Virus record (IMG/VR): IMGVR_UViG_3300017754_001794
Coordinates: 1 to 62,003 of that record
Source: a virus
Taxonomy: Duplodnaviria > Caudoviricetes
Length of the DNA stretch: 62,003 nucleotides
Direction: 5' to 3' (one strand)
In this document: positions 16,732-25,779 of the stretch, piece by piece
How the letters are laid out: every line of letters starts with the position of its first letter
Numbering within the stretch: the stretch's first letter is position 1
The notes under the pieces: generated by a model
Seen by the model: the letters and a program-made list of their open reading frames with translations, nothing else
Told to the model about the DNA's origin: nothing
Databases searched by the model: none
Program-made: the position numbers and the translations under genes

Positions 16732-18332
16732 TGCACGAACTTGCTGACGGACGGCGGGTGGTGTGGTCAGCCCTCAAGGGGTCCCAGGAGCTGGCCCTTT
16801 GGTGCCCGGCGCACATTATCCTTTACGACGGTACACGCGGCCCCGGCAAAACGGACGTGCAGCTCATGCGCTTCCGCAGCCGCGTTGGCCTGGGCTACGG
16901 CAAGTTCTGGCGCGGGGTCATCTTTGACCGCGAGTACAAGAACCTGGACGACTTGCTGGCTAAGTCCATGCGCTGGTTCCCCGAGTTCAAAGACGGCGCC
17001 AAGTTCTTGGCAAGCAAGTCGGATTATCGGTGGGTGTGGCCTACAGGTGAGGAGCTGATGTTCCGGGCCGTAAAGCGCCCCGTCGATTACTGGGCATACC
17101 ACGGCCAGGAGTTCCCCTTCCTGGGCTGGAACGAGCTTACCAAGTACCCCAACGACGATCTGTTCAACTCCATGATGTCGTGCAACCGGAGCAGCTACCG
17201 GCCCGCCGACTACCCCGTCACCATCGACGGCGACCTGTACGCCAAGACCGGCATCATCCAGATTGTGCAGGGCGGAGATCACTTTGAGCTGCCGCCCATA
17301 CCGCTGGAGTGCTTCGCCACGACCAACCCTTACGGGGTTGGGCACAACTGGGTTAAGAAGCGCTTCATCAATGCGGCCCCGCCCGGCAAGGTGGTTCGGC
17401 GTAGCGTCAACGTGTTCAACCCACAGACGCAGCGGCGAGAGGATGTGGTTAAGACCCAGGTGCGGCTATTCGGCAGCTACCGAGAGAACAAGTACCTGAC
17501 GCCCGAGTACATTGCCGAGCTGGAAACCATCACCGACAAGAACAAACGCAAGGCGTGGCTCGGTGGTAGCTGGGACGTGGTGGCCGGTGGCATGTTCGAC
17601 AGCCACTGGGACACGGTTTACCACAGCATCGACCCTTTCATTGTCCCGTCGCACTGGACCATCCAACGGTCCTTTGACTGGGGCAGCAGCAAGCCCTTTA
17701 GCGTCGGCTGGTGGGCGAAGTCAGACGGCAGTGACGTGCAGCGTAAGGATGGCACATGGATGAGCACAGTGCGCGGCGACCTGTTTCGGATTGCAGAATG
17801 GTATGGCACCACCGGCAAGCCGAACGAGGGCCTGCGCATGCTGGCAACCGAGATCACGCAGGGCATCGTCGAGCGTGAGCTTAAGTGGGGGCTGTATGGC
17901 CGCGTAGCGCCTGGGCCGGCCGACAATAGCATCTGGGACGTTGTCAACGGCAACAGCATCGCCGTTGACATGGCAAAGCCTGTGCGCGTTGACGGCAAGG
18001 TGTACCCCGGCATACAGTGGACGCGCAGCGACAAGAGCCCCGGCAGTCGCAAGGCCGGTTGGCGCCGCTGCAGCGAGTACCTGAAAGACGCGCTGCCCAA
18101 CTTTGTGCGCATGAAGAACGGGGCCATGGTGCGCATCCCGCGCGAGCGCCCAGGCATGTACATCTTCAACACATGCACCCACTTTTTGGATCTGTTTCCA
18201 ACGCTGCCACGCGACGAAGATGACCCGGACGACGTTGACACTGACGCCGAAGACCACATTGGTGATGAAACCCGTTACCAAGTATTATCGCAAACCACCG
18301 GCCCGCGCCACGGTCGCACCAAAGGGACCTAA
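16731..18332 (+). CDS. terL: Terminase large subunit
   Basis: GTRGPGKT Walker A, WNELT Walker B variant, ATTNP, SFDWGSSKPF, DHIGDETRY nuclease motifs. Confidence 0.95.
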   Translation: MHELADGRRVVWSALKGSQELALWCPAHIILYDGTRGPGKTDVQLMRFRSRVGLGYGKFWRGVIFDREYKNLDDLLAKSMRWFPEFKDGAKFLASKSDYRWVWPTGEELMFRAVKRPVDYWAYHGQEFPFLGWNELTKYPNDDLFNSMMSCNRSSYRPADYPVTIDGDLYAKTGIIQIVQGGDHFELPPIPLECFATTNPYGVGHNWVKKRFINAAPPGKVVRRSVNVFNPQTQRREDVVKTQVRLFGSYRENKYLTPEYIAELETITDKNKRKAWLGGSWDVVAGGMFDSHWDTVYHSIDPFIVPSHWTIQRSFDWGSSKPFSVGWWAKSDGSDVQRKDGTWMSTVRGDLFRIAEWYGTTGKPNEGLRMLATEITQGIVERELKWGLYGRVAPGPADNSIWDVVNGNSIAVDMAKPVRVDGKVYPGIQWTRSDKSPGSRKAGWRRCSEYLKDALPNFVRMKNGAMVRIPRERPGMYIFNTCTHFLDLFPTLPRDEDDPDDVDTDAEDHIGDETRYQVLSQTTGPRHGRTKGT

Positions 18333-18337
18333 CCTCC

Positions 18338-19798
18338 ATGTCGTCACTCAAACAAGTCCATCCCGATTACATGGCAATGAAGCCCCTTTGGGAGCTCATG
18401 GGCGACGCCTATGCAGGCGAGACCGCCATCAAGAAGAAGCGCACGGTGTACCTACCTGCAGCGCCGAGCATGGTGCTGGACGGCATGGCGCCGGGCGAGC
18501 TGGGCGCCGCCACGTATGACGTCTACCTGTCCCGCGCCGTGTTCCCGGAAAGCACAGGCGAAGCCGTGGAGCGTTACCTGGGCCTGCTGCACGACAAGCC
18601 GGCGACCGTGGAGCTGCCAACGGCGATGGAGTACCTGCTGGAGCGCGCCACGCCCCAGGGCGAGGGCTTGCTGGCCCTGCTGCGCCGCATCAATGAAACG
18701 CAACTGATTGACGGTCGCTTGGGCCTGTTGCTGGACGTCACCACCGACAAAGCAAGCGCCCCCGTCTTGCGTATCGCCATGTATGGCGCGCTTGCTGTCA
18801 TCAACTGGGACACCAGCGAAGACGGTGAGGGTACTGACAAGGTTGAATTGGTGGTGCTGGACGAGAGCTGCCCCGTGCGTGAGGGCTTCGCGTGGCAACC
18901 GCACGACCGCTACCGTGTACTGCGGTTGGAGGGCGGGCAGTACGTGCAAGCGCTATTCGACCTCACCAACAGCCAAGATTACAACGATGCCGCGCTGCTG
19001 CCGCCCCTGCTGCGCGGCGCGCCCTGCAAAGAGGTGCCGTTCGTGTTTGTCAACAGCAAGGACATCCTTGCCAAGCCAGACAAGCCACCACTTGCGGCAC
19101 TGGCCCGCCAGTGCCTTACCACCTACCGGGGCGAGGCCGACTACCGGCAAAACCTATTCATGCAGGGCCAAGACACGCTCGTCATTATCGGCGCCAAGGC
19201 AGCACCGCTGACCGGCGTTGGTATGGCGGTGGCGCAACCTTCTGAAACCCGTGTGGGTGCTGGGGCTACGCTGGAGCTGGACCAGGAGGGTGACGCCAAG
19301 TACATTGGCGTCAATTCTGATGGCCTGTCCGAGCAGCGCGAAAGTGTGGTCAACGACCGCCGCCAGTGCGACACCATGGCCGGCACGCTGATGAGCCCGA
19401 CGGCGGGCAAGCAGGAGAGCGGCGATGCCATGGCGACGCGCGTGGGCGCGCAGACAGCCAGTCTGACCCAGGTGGCAAAGACCGGCGCTCTAGCGCTGCA
19501 AACCATCTTGCGTTCTGCAGCCGTGTGGATGGGCCTGGACCCAAGCACCGTGACCGTGACGCCGAACTTAGAGTTCGCCCCCAACCCAATGACGACCACC
19601 AGCGTGAAAGACCTGACCGCTGCGAAGGCACTGGGCGCACCAATCTCCAACGAAAGCATCCACGCTAACCTCGTGCGCGGCGGCTTCACGCAACTCAGCT
19701 TCGACGACGAAATGAAGCGGATTGGCGAAGAAGAGCCGCTGAACATCCCGCCTGTGCCACCAGAAGACAAACCAGCACCAACCAATGCCAACAAGTAA
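18338..19798 (+). CDS. Portal protein (DUF4055-like)
   Basis: HPDY...W...D...G...IK...YLP...Y..YL.RA.F; follows terL. Confidence 0.88.
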   Translation: MSSLKQVHPDYMAMKPLWELMGDAYAGETAIKKKRTVYLPAAPSMVLDGMAPGELGAATYDVYLSRAVFPESTGEAVERYLGLLHDKPATVELPTAMEYLLERATPQGEGLLALLRRINETQLIDGRLGLLLDVTTDKASAPVLRIAMYGALAVINWDTSEDGEGTDKVELVVLDESCPVREGFAWQPHDRYRVLRLEGGQYVQALFDLTNSQDYNDAALLPPLLRGAPCKEVPFVFVNSKDILAKPDKPPLAALARQCLTTYRGEADYRQNLFMQGQDTLVIIGAKAAPLTGVGMAVAQPSETRVGAGATLELDQEGDAKYIGVNSDGLSEQRESVVNDRRQCDTMAGTLMSPTAGKQESGDAMATRVGAQTASLTQVAKTGALALQTILRSAAVWMGLDPSTVTVTPNLEFAPNPMTTTSVKDLTAAKALGAPISNESIHANLVRGGFTQLSFDDEMKRIGEEEPLNIPPVPPEDKPAPTNANK

Positions 19799-20981
19799 CG
19801 AGGAGCTGCGTGACGCAGTCCTACGCCATCAGATCTACCTGCTGCGCTACAGCGGTTCGGTCCGCAACCGGATCCTAGCGCTGCTGGATGCGACTGAGGA
19901 CAGCTTGGCCGAGAAGATTATGGGCCGCCTGGGCACCACACGAGGCCTGGACGGGCCTGCAGACGTGCAGCGTATGCGGAGCCTGCTGGCGGCCCTGGAA
20001 AGCATTCGCACGTCGGCCTGGGACAAGGCATGGGACGTGATGTATAACGAGATGGTAAACCTTGCCTACCAAGAGCCCGTGACCTTGGGCGCCATGGTCG
20101 GCACCGTTGCGCCGGTCGTGGTGACCACAGTGCTCCCGGCCCAGCGCATGCTCCGCGCCATTGTGGTAGACCAACCATTCGAAGGCCGTGTGCTCAAAGA
20201 CTGGGCGCGCGGCATGCAGGCAGACGACCTGCGCCGCATCCACCGCGAGGTACAGATGGGCATGGTTGCCGGCGAAAGCAGTGCAGACATAGCCCGGCGT
20301 GTGGTTGGCACCAAGCTGATGAAGGGCGCCGACGGCACCACCCAGGCCACACGCCAGCAGGTGGAGTCTGTCACTCGCACCGCCGTGCAGCACGTTGCCA
20401 ACAGCAGCCGCGACGCCTTTATGCGCGACAATGCAGACCTGTTCACGCAAGAGCGCTTTACCGCCACACTGGACAGCCGCACAACGCCCGTGTGCAGGGC
20501 CTGCGACGGCAAGCTGTACCCCATTGGCACAGGCCCACGGCCCCCGCTGCACTTTGGGTGCCGTAGCTGCCGCATAGCGGTGCTGGACGGGGTGCTGCTG
20601 GGCCAGCGGCCCGCCAAGCCAACCACGGAGAAGATCCTGGTGGGCGAGTATGCTGCGCTCAACAAGCTGGGGCCGCTGAAGAGCCGCGACGACCTGCCCA
20701 GGGGCACCAAGGGCGCCTATGACGAGTGGGCGCGCAAGCGGATGCGCCAGTTGGTGGGGCCGGTGCCTGCGGAAGAGACCTACCAGACGTGGATGAAGAA
20801 ACAGAGCAACGAGTTCCAGGCCGAGGTGCTGGGCGTTGCCAAGGCAAAGCTATTCCGCGAGGGCGGGCTGACGCTGGACAAGTTTGTCAACAGGGCTGGG
20901 GACGAGCTGACGCTGCCCGAGCTCGCTAAGAAGCATGCGCAAGCATTTCGCGCGGCTGGGTTGGACCCGGCTGCATTCTGA
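19785..20981 (+). CDS. Head morphogenesis / minor head protein (SPP1 gp7, Mu gpF-like)
   Basis: ATLDSRTTPVCRACDG, PPLHFGCRS. Confidence 0.9.
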   Translation: MPTSNEELRDAVLRHQIYLLRYSGSVRNRILALLDATEDSLAEKIMGRLGTTRGLDGPADVQRMRSLLAALESIRTSAWDKAWDVMYNEMVNLAYQEPVTLGAMVGTVAPVVVTTVLPAQRMLRAIVVDQPFEGRVLKDWARGMQADDLRRIHREVQMGMVAGESSADIARRVVGTKLMKGADGTTQATRQQVESVTRTAVQHVANSSRDAFMRDNADLFTQERFTATLDSRTTPVCRACDGKLYPIGTGPRPPLHFGCRSCRIAVLDGVLLGQRPAKPTTEKILVGEYAALNKLGPLKSRDDLPRGTKGAYDEWARKRMRQLVGPVPAEETYQTWMKKQSNEFQAEVLGVAKAKLFREGGLTLDKFVNRAGDELTLPELAKKHAQAFRAAGLDPAAF

Positions 20982-21026
20982 CCTTGTGGTCAACAATCGT
21001 CGCAATGTGCGGCACAGGAGAGAAGC

Positions 21027-21842
21027 ATGAAGCTGAAAGCGGTATACGACAAGCAAGAAGACATCCCCGAAGGCTTTGCCGCGCTGTACACACAGCGCGG
21101 TGACAAGTGGGAGCTGACGGAGATTGAAGGCGTGCGCACGCAAGGCGACGTCGACCGTCTGCAAACGTCGCTCACCGCCGAGCGCAACGACCACAAGCAA
21201 ACCAAGAAGCGCTTCGAGCTGCTGGGCGACCGCAAAATCGAAGACATCTTGGCCGAGCTGGACAAGATCCCCGAGCTGGAAGCGCGTGCCGGGCAGGTCG
21301 ACGACAAGAAGATCGACCAGATCGTTGAAAGCCGCGTGCGCACCAAGGTAGCGCCCATTGAGCGCGAGCTCACCACCGCCAAGGCACGGCTGACCGAGCT
21401 GGAGACGGAGAACACCGGCTTCAAGACCGAGCGCACGCAGCGCACCATCGCCGACAACGTGCGCGACGTCATTGGCAAACAGCAGGGCTTCCAGTCCAGC
21501 GCCATCGACGACGCCATCATGTACGGCGAGCGCCACCTGGAGGTGAATGCCGAGGGCCGTGTGGTCACGCGCGACGGTGTTGGTGTTACCCCAGGCGTGG
21601 ACGCCGCTGTGTGGCTGTCCGAAATGCAGAACAAGAAGGCGCACTGGTGGGGCACCACTCAAGGCGCTGGCGCACGCGGCAGCAATGGCGGCAATAACGG
21701 AGGCGCCAACCCATTCAGCCACGAAGGTTGGAACATGACCGAGCAAGGCAAAATCCTGACCGAGAACGCCGACCGTGCGCACCAACTGGCACGCAGCGCG
21801 GGCACCACCGTCGGCGGCGGGCGCCCAGCACCCAAAAAGTAA
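21027..21842 (+). CDS. Capsid scaffolding protein
   Basis: Coiled-coil rich; ends GGANPFS...WNMTEQG; precedes the capsid gene. Confidence 0.8.
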   Translation: MKLKAVYDKQEDIPEGFAALYTQRGDKWELTEIEGVRTQGDVDRLQTSLTAERNDHKQTKKRFELLGDRKIEDILAELDKIPELEARAGQVDDKKIDQIVESRVRTKVAPIERELTTAKARLTELETENTGFKTERTQRTIADNVRDVIGKQQGFQSSAIDDAIMYGERHLEVNAEGRVVTRDGVGVTPGVDAAVWLSEMQNKKAHWWGTTQGAGARGSNGGNNGGANPFSHEGWNMTEQGKILTENADRAHQLARSAGTTVGGGRPAPKK

Positions 21843-21850
21843 GTTCATCA

Positions 21851-21871
21851 GCCCCTGAACAACTCAGGGGC
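21851..21871 (+). terminator. Hairpin after the scaffold gene (possible weak terminator)
   Basis: GCCCCTGA-acaac-TCAGGGGC; the T-run is offset downstream. Confidence 0.4.
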
Positions 21872-21979
21872 GGTGCTACATTTTGTTCACGCGGCATGTG
21901 CCGCCACCCGTAAGCGAACCCTGGACCATGTGGTCGCGTTCGAGAAATTGAACCCATCCACATCTTCTAGGAGCCCGTC

Positions 21980-23017
21980 ATGGCCAGTGGTGTAACCCGC
22001 CTTTCGGACGTCATCGTCCCGGCAATCTTCTCCCCCTACGTCCAGCAACTGACCCGCGAGAAAAGCCGCATCGTTCAGTCCGGTGCGCTGGTGTGGGACT
22101 CCGTGCTGTCCGCGATGCTCATGGGCGGCGGCACCACCTTCAACGAGCCTTCGTTCAAGGACCTGGACAACGACACGGAAAACGTCAGCAGCGACGATCC
22201 TACCGTGTTCAGCACGCCCAACAAGATCCAAACGCTGCAAGAAATCCAGGTGCGTCTGTCGCGCAACAACTCCTGGAGCTCCATGGATCTGGCCGGTGAC
22301 TTGATCGGTGCCGACCCCATGAACGCCATTGCCAACCGCGTCGCCGCGTACTGGACCCGTCGTCTGCAGAAGGCGTTCGTCGCCACCGTGCAGGGCGTGT
22401 TCGCCGACAACGCTGCTGCGCCTACGGGTGGTGACACCCATGTGCAGAACGACATGACGTTTGACGTGTCGGGCGGCTCGTTCACCAACGGCGTCACCAA
22501 CTTCAACGCCAGCGCGTTCCTGGACGCGGCTGTGACCATGGGCGATGACATGGACGAGCTGCGCCTCTGCGTCATGCACTCCATCGTCTACAACCGTGCG
22601 TTGAAGAACAACCTGATCGACTTCATCCCCGACAGCTCCAACCCGGCCAGCCGTGGCATCCCCCAGTTCCTGGGCCGCGATGTGGTGGTGGACGACGGTA
22701 TGCCCAACACGGGCGGCGTGTTCGAGACGTGGCTGTTCGGCGGCGGTTCGTTCCGCGGCGGTCAGGGCACCCCCAAGGTGCCAACCGAGATGGAACGCAA
22801 GCCTGACGCCGGCAACGGTGGCGGCCAGGAAATCCTGTACGACCGCCACGAGTGGATCATCCACCCCGTGGGCCATGCGTACATCGGCACCTCGCCTGCC
22901 GGTGGCCCGTCCAACGCCAACACGACCAACAACCTCGCGAACGCGGGTAGCTGGCGCCGTGTGTTCGTGGAGCGCAAGCAGATTCGCGTTGCGCGCCTCG
23001 TGACCCGCGAGTTCTGA
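21980..23017 (+). CDS. Major capsid protein
   Basis: TRLSDVIVP.IF.PY, GG.TFN.P.F.DL, DPM.AIANRVA.YW; AGGAG RBS; highly biased codons. Confidence 0.92.
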   Translation: MASGVTRLSDVIVPAIFSPYVQQLTREKSRIVQSGALVWDSVLSAMLMGGGTTFNEPSFKDLDNDTENVSSDDPTVFSTPNKIQTLQEIQVRLSRNNSWSSMDLAGDLIGADPMNAIANRVAAYWTRRLQKAFVATVQGVFADNAAAPTGGDTHVQNDMTFDVSGGSFTNGVTNFNASAFLDAAVTMGDDMDELRLCVMHSIVYNRALKNNLIDFIPDSSNPASRGIPQFLGRDVVVDDGMPNTGGVFETWLFGGGSFRGGQGTPKVPTEMERKPDAGNGGGQEILYDRHEWIIHPVGHAYIGTSPAGGPSNANTTNNLANAGSWRRVFVERKQIRVARLVTREF

Positions 23018-23035
23018 TCAACGGCCAGTAACAAC

Positions 23036-23065
23036 GCAAAACGCGGCTCACGGGCCGCGTTTTGC
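23036..23065 (+). terminator. Rho-independent terminator after the capsid gene
   Basis: GCAAAACGCGGC-tcacgg-GCCGCGTTTTGC. Confidence 0.65.
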
Positions 23066-23078
23066 TATGGAGTAAATC

Positions 23079-23531
23079 ATGCCCGGAAACTTGTACGCCC
23101 GTCACGAACGCTATGGCCGTTTGGACCGTATCCGCTACGCGCGCAACACGCTTGCATGGCTCAGTGCCCAGGCCACCCGCCTATCCACTACCGTTGCCGT
23201 CGTGTTTGCGCGCCTGCAGAGCGGCTCCTCCGCTGCCCAGGTTGCGGCGCTGGCCGGCACCTACCCTGCGAACACAGTGTTGCCGGCCATCACCGGCACT
23301 ACCACCAGCGGCCAGACGTTGACCACAACGAACGGCACCTGGACCGGCACAGCAACCATCACCTACACCCGCGCATGGCTGCGCGACGGTGTGGTTATTG
23401 CAGCCGCCACCGGAACGACCTACGTCCTGCAGGCTGCAGACGTGGGCAAGCGTATCAGCGTGCGTGTCACGGCCACCAATGGGCTCGGGTCCATCACGGC
23501 CACAAGCGCACAAACAGCAATCATTGCTTAA
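23079..23531 (+). CDS. Ig-like domain virion (decoration) protein
   Basis: PANTVLPAITG...GQTLTTTNGTW...W.RDG..I..AT..TY....ADVGK.ISV.VTATN. Confidence 0.75.
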   Translation: MPGNLYARHERYGRLDRIRYARNTLAWLSAQATRLSTTVAVVFARLQSGSSAAQVAALAGTYPANTVLPAITGTTTSGQTLTTTNGTWTGTATITYTRAWLRDGVVIAAATGTTYVLQAADVGKRISVRVTATNGLGSITATSAQTAIIA

Positions 23532-23542
23532 AGGAGCACAAC

Positions 23543-24187
23543 ATGACCGCAGCAATTGTCGACGCACTGAAGAAGCTGGACCCTACCAACGACGCGCACT
23601 GGACCGACGACGGCCTCCCGCGCATGGACGTGATGAAAGAGCTTACGGGCAATAACTTCACCACCCGCGAAGCTGTCACCACGGCACTCCCCGGCTTCAA
23701 CCGCGCCAGCGCTGGCGAGCAGACCCAGGACGGCGCCGCGCAGGCCTCTGACGCTGGCGGGGCTACCAACCCCCCAGGCGACGGCGACGAGGCTGCTGGC
23801 GGCCCCATTGCGGGCGCGGGCGACGGCATTGTGGAAGGCGACATCGGTGCGGGGCAACCCGGCACCGAACTGGAGCAACTGCAGGCCGAGCTGGACCGCA
23901 CCGAGGCAGCGCTGGCAGAGCTGGACCAACGCATGGACGAACTGCGCGGCACCCAACAGCGCGGCAAGGCTTACGCTGACGGCCTGCGCGACCGCATCAC
24001 CAACCTGTCGCCCAACAAGCCGACTCACGCCATCATGGGCTATCTGGAAAGCCAGAAGCAGCAGTTGGCCGAGGCCGCCGCGCGCATTGACGCGGTCAAC
24101 GCCAGTGGCCTGGACCTGAAGGCACTACAAGACAGCTTGGCACCTTCCAAGCTCGACGGCGCAATGGCTAACCGCAAGCGGGGTTGA
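23543..24187 (+). CDS. Head-associated hypothetical protein
   Basis: AAGGAG RBS; LDPTNDAHWTDDGLP motif, acidic linker, coiled coil. Confidence 0.7.
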   Translation: MTAAIVDALKKLDPTNDAHWTDDGLPRMDVMKELTGNNFTTREAVTTALPGFNRASAGEQTQDGAAQASDAGGATNPPGDGDEAAGGPIAGAGDGIVEGDIGAGQPGTELEQLQAELDRTEAALAELDQRMDELRGTQQRGKAYADGLRDRITNLSPNKPTHAIMGYLESQKQQLAEAAARIDAVNASGLDLKALQDSLAPSKLDGAMANRKRG

Positions 24188-24188
24188 C

Positions 24189-24509
24189 ATGAACGGCGGA
24201 TACATGCGGCGGCAGGACGCCCGGCGTGCGGTGTCCGCCTATGGCGCGCTCCTGGCTACCCCGGCCACGGGAGGCACCATCACGGCTCCTGCGGGGGCCG
24301 GCCTGTACGTGCGGGCCACCGCGAACCGGGCGGCGGGTAAGGTGGCGTCTGTGGGCGGTGTGGACGTTGGCGCCCCTGCCATGCAAACCGGGGACGTGCG
24401 CCTGCTGGGATACGTTCAAGCAGGCGCCACGGTTGTGCAGCAAGCTGGCATTGAGCTCTTGTTGGACGTCGGCCTGGGCTCTTACGTCAAAGTCTCGGGA
24501 GCTATCTAA
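24189..24509 (+). CDS. Hypothetical virion protein
   Basis: Located in the head-tail region. Confidence 0.6.
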   Translation: MNGGYMRRQDARRAVSAYGALLATPATGGTITAPAGAGLYVRATANRAAGKVASVGGVDVGAPAMQTGDVRLLGYVQAGATVVQQAGIELLLDVGLGSYVKVSGAI

Positions 24510-25009
24510 TGGCCTTTGTAGTAGAAGACGGCACAGGCATTCCTGGTGCCAATGCGTACATTGAAGTCGCGTTTGCCGACGGCTACTTCAGCGACCGCCT
24601 GGACACCGAGTGGACCGGCACGCCGGAGCAAAAGCAAGCGGCCATCGTCTTGGCAACGGACTACATGGAAAGCCGTTTCGGCGCTGCCTGGGTCGGTTGC
24701 CGGCTGACCGAGACCCAGGGCCTGGGCTTCCCCCGCGTGGCCCCCGCAGGCATGCCCCTGGGGCTGCAGCAGGCGTGCGCGGAGTACGCCAAGCGGGCAC
24801 GGGTCAAGCCACTGGCGCCTGACCTGCCCTTGGCGGCTACAGGCACCGTAGCCATGGTGACCGAACGCACGGTAGGCCCCATCACCACCAAGTTCGCCGC
24901 GCCCACCCACGGGCCTGGAAGTGTGGTCATGCTGCTCCAACCGTACCCCACGGCCGACATGAAGTTGCGCGGGCTGGTGCGCAACACGTCTGGAAGGACC
25001 GTGCGGTGA
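24509..25009 (+). CDS. Head-tail adaptor (DnaT-like family)
   Basis: MAFVVEDGTG..GANAY...AD.YF.DR...ATDY...QGL.FPR. Confidence 0.82.
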   Translation: MAFVVEDGTGIPGANAYIEVAFADGYFSDRLDTEWTGTPEQKQAAIVLATDYMESRFGAAWVGCRLTETQGLGFPRVAPAGMPLGLQQACAEYAKRARVKPLAPDLPLAATGTVAMVTERTVGPITTKFAAPTHGPGSVVMLLQPYPTADMKLRGLVRNTSGRTVR

Positions 25010-25374
25010 ACACCTACGCCGACGAGCTGGCTGCAGCACGCGAAGGCATCTTGGACGCTGGCCGCGAGGTCAGCACCATTGCACTCCGCAGCAACGCCAC
25101 TGTGGACCAGCCGTGGAAGACCGGCAAGTCCGAACAAACCATCACAACGCAGGCCGCCGTGTTCGTGCCTGCGGCTGGCACCGGCCTGGGCACTGACTGG
25201 ATCCGCGACGACCTGCTGGCCCGCGTAAGCGAAGTCTGCCTGCTGGCGTGGTACGCGGATCTGGACGACGTAACCACATTGGTTGACGGCGGCAAGAAGT
25301 ACGCGGTGGAGTGGGTCCAAGCGCTGAAGCCGGGCGGCCAAACACTGCTTTACGCAATGGGGGTAAAGCGATGA
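25006..25374 (+). CDS. Head closure / head-tail joining protein
   Basis: Position and size; ends LKPGGQTLLY. Confidence 0.65.
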   Translation: MNTYADELAAAREGILDAGREVSTIALRSNATVDQPWKTGKSEQTITTQAAVFVPAAGTGLGTDWIRDDLLARVSEVCLLAWYADLDDVTTLVDGGKKYAVEWVQALKPGGQTLLYAMGVKR

Positions 25375-25775
25375 ACTACCAAGAGGGAACCGACGCGGTA
25401 CTCGACGTTTTCTGGCAAGCCTGGAAGCCGCGAATTACCGTGTGGGATGACACCCCAGGCAGCGCGCCGGCCACTGATGAAATTTGGGCGCGTGCTACAC
25501 TTCAACACGTAACGGGTCGTGCCATTTCCCTCGCCGATGCAGACGGGAAGAAGCGGTACAACCGTACAGGTTTTTTGACAGTGCAGGTCTTTGCCCCCAT
25601 GGGAGATGACTCCGGAGCCGGCCTTACTGCAGTGCAACTCGTGACGAATGCGCTGCAGGCAGCTAACGACCAGAACGTCTGGTTTCGGGAAGTGACGATG
25701 AGAGAAGCGGGGCGCGACGGTGCGTTCCGCCAATACAACGTCACAGCATCATTTTCATATGACGATGTGAGGTAA
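25371..25775 (+). CDS. Tail terminator-like protein
   Basis: Precedes the tail tube; R.G...VQVF.P.G...Q.NV...F.YD pattern. Confidence 0.7.
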   Translation: MNYQEGTDAVLDVFWQAWKPRITVWDDTPGSAPATDEIWARATLQHVTGRAISLADADGKKRYNRTGFLTVQVFAPMGDDSGAGLTAVQLVTNALQAANDQNVWFREVTMREAGRDGAFRQYNVTASFSYDDVR

Positions 25776-25779
25776 CACC

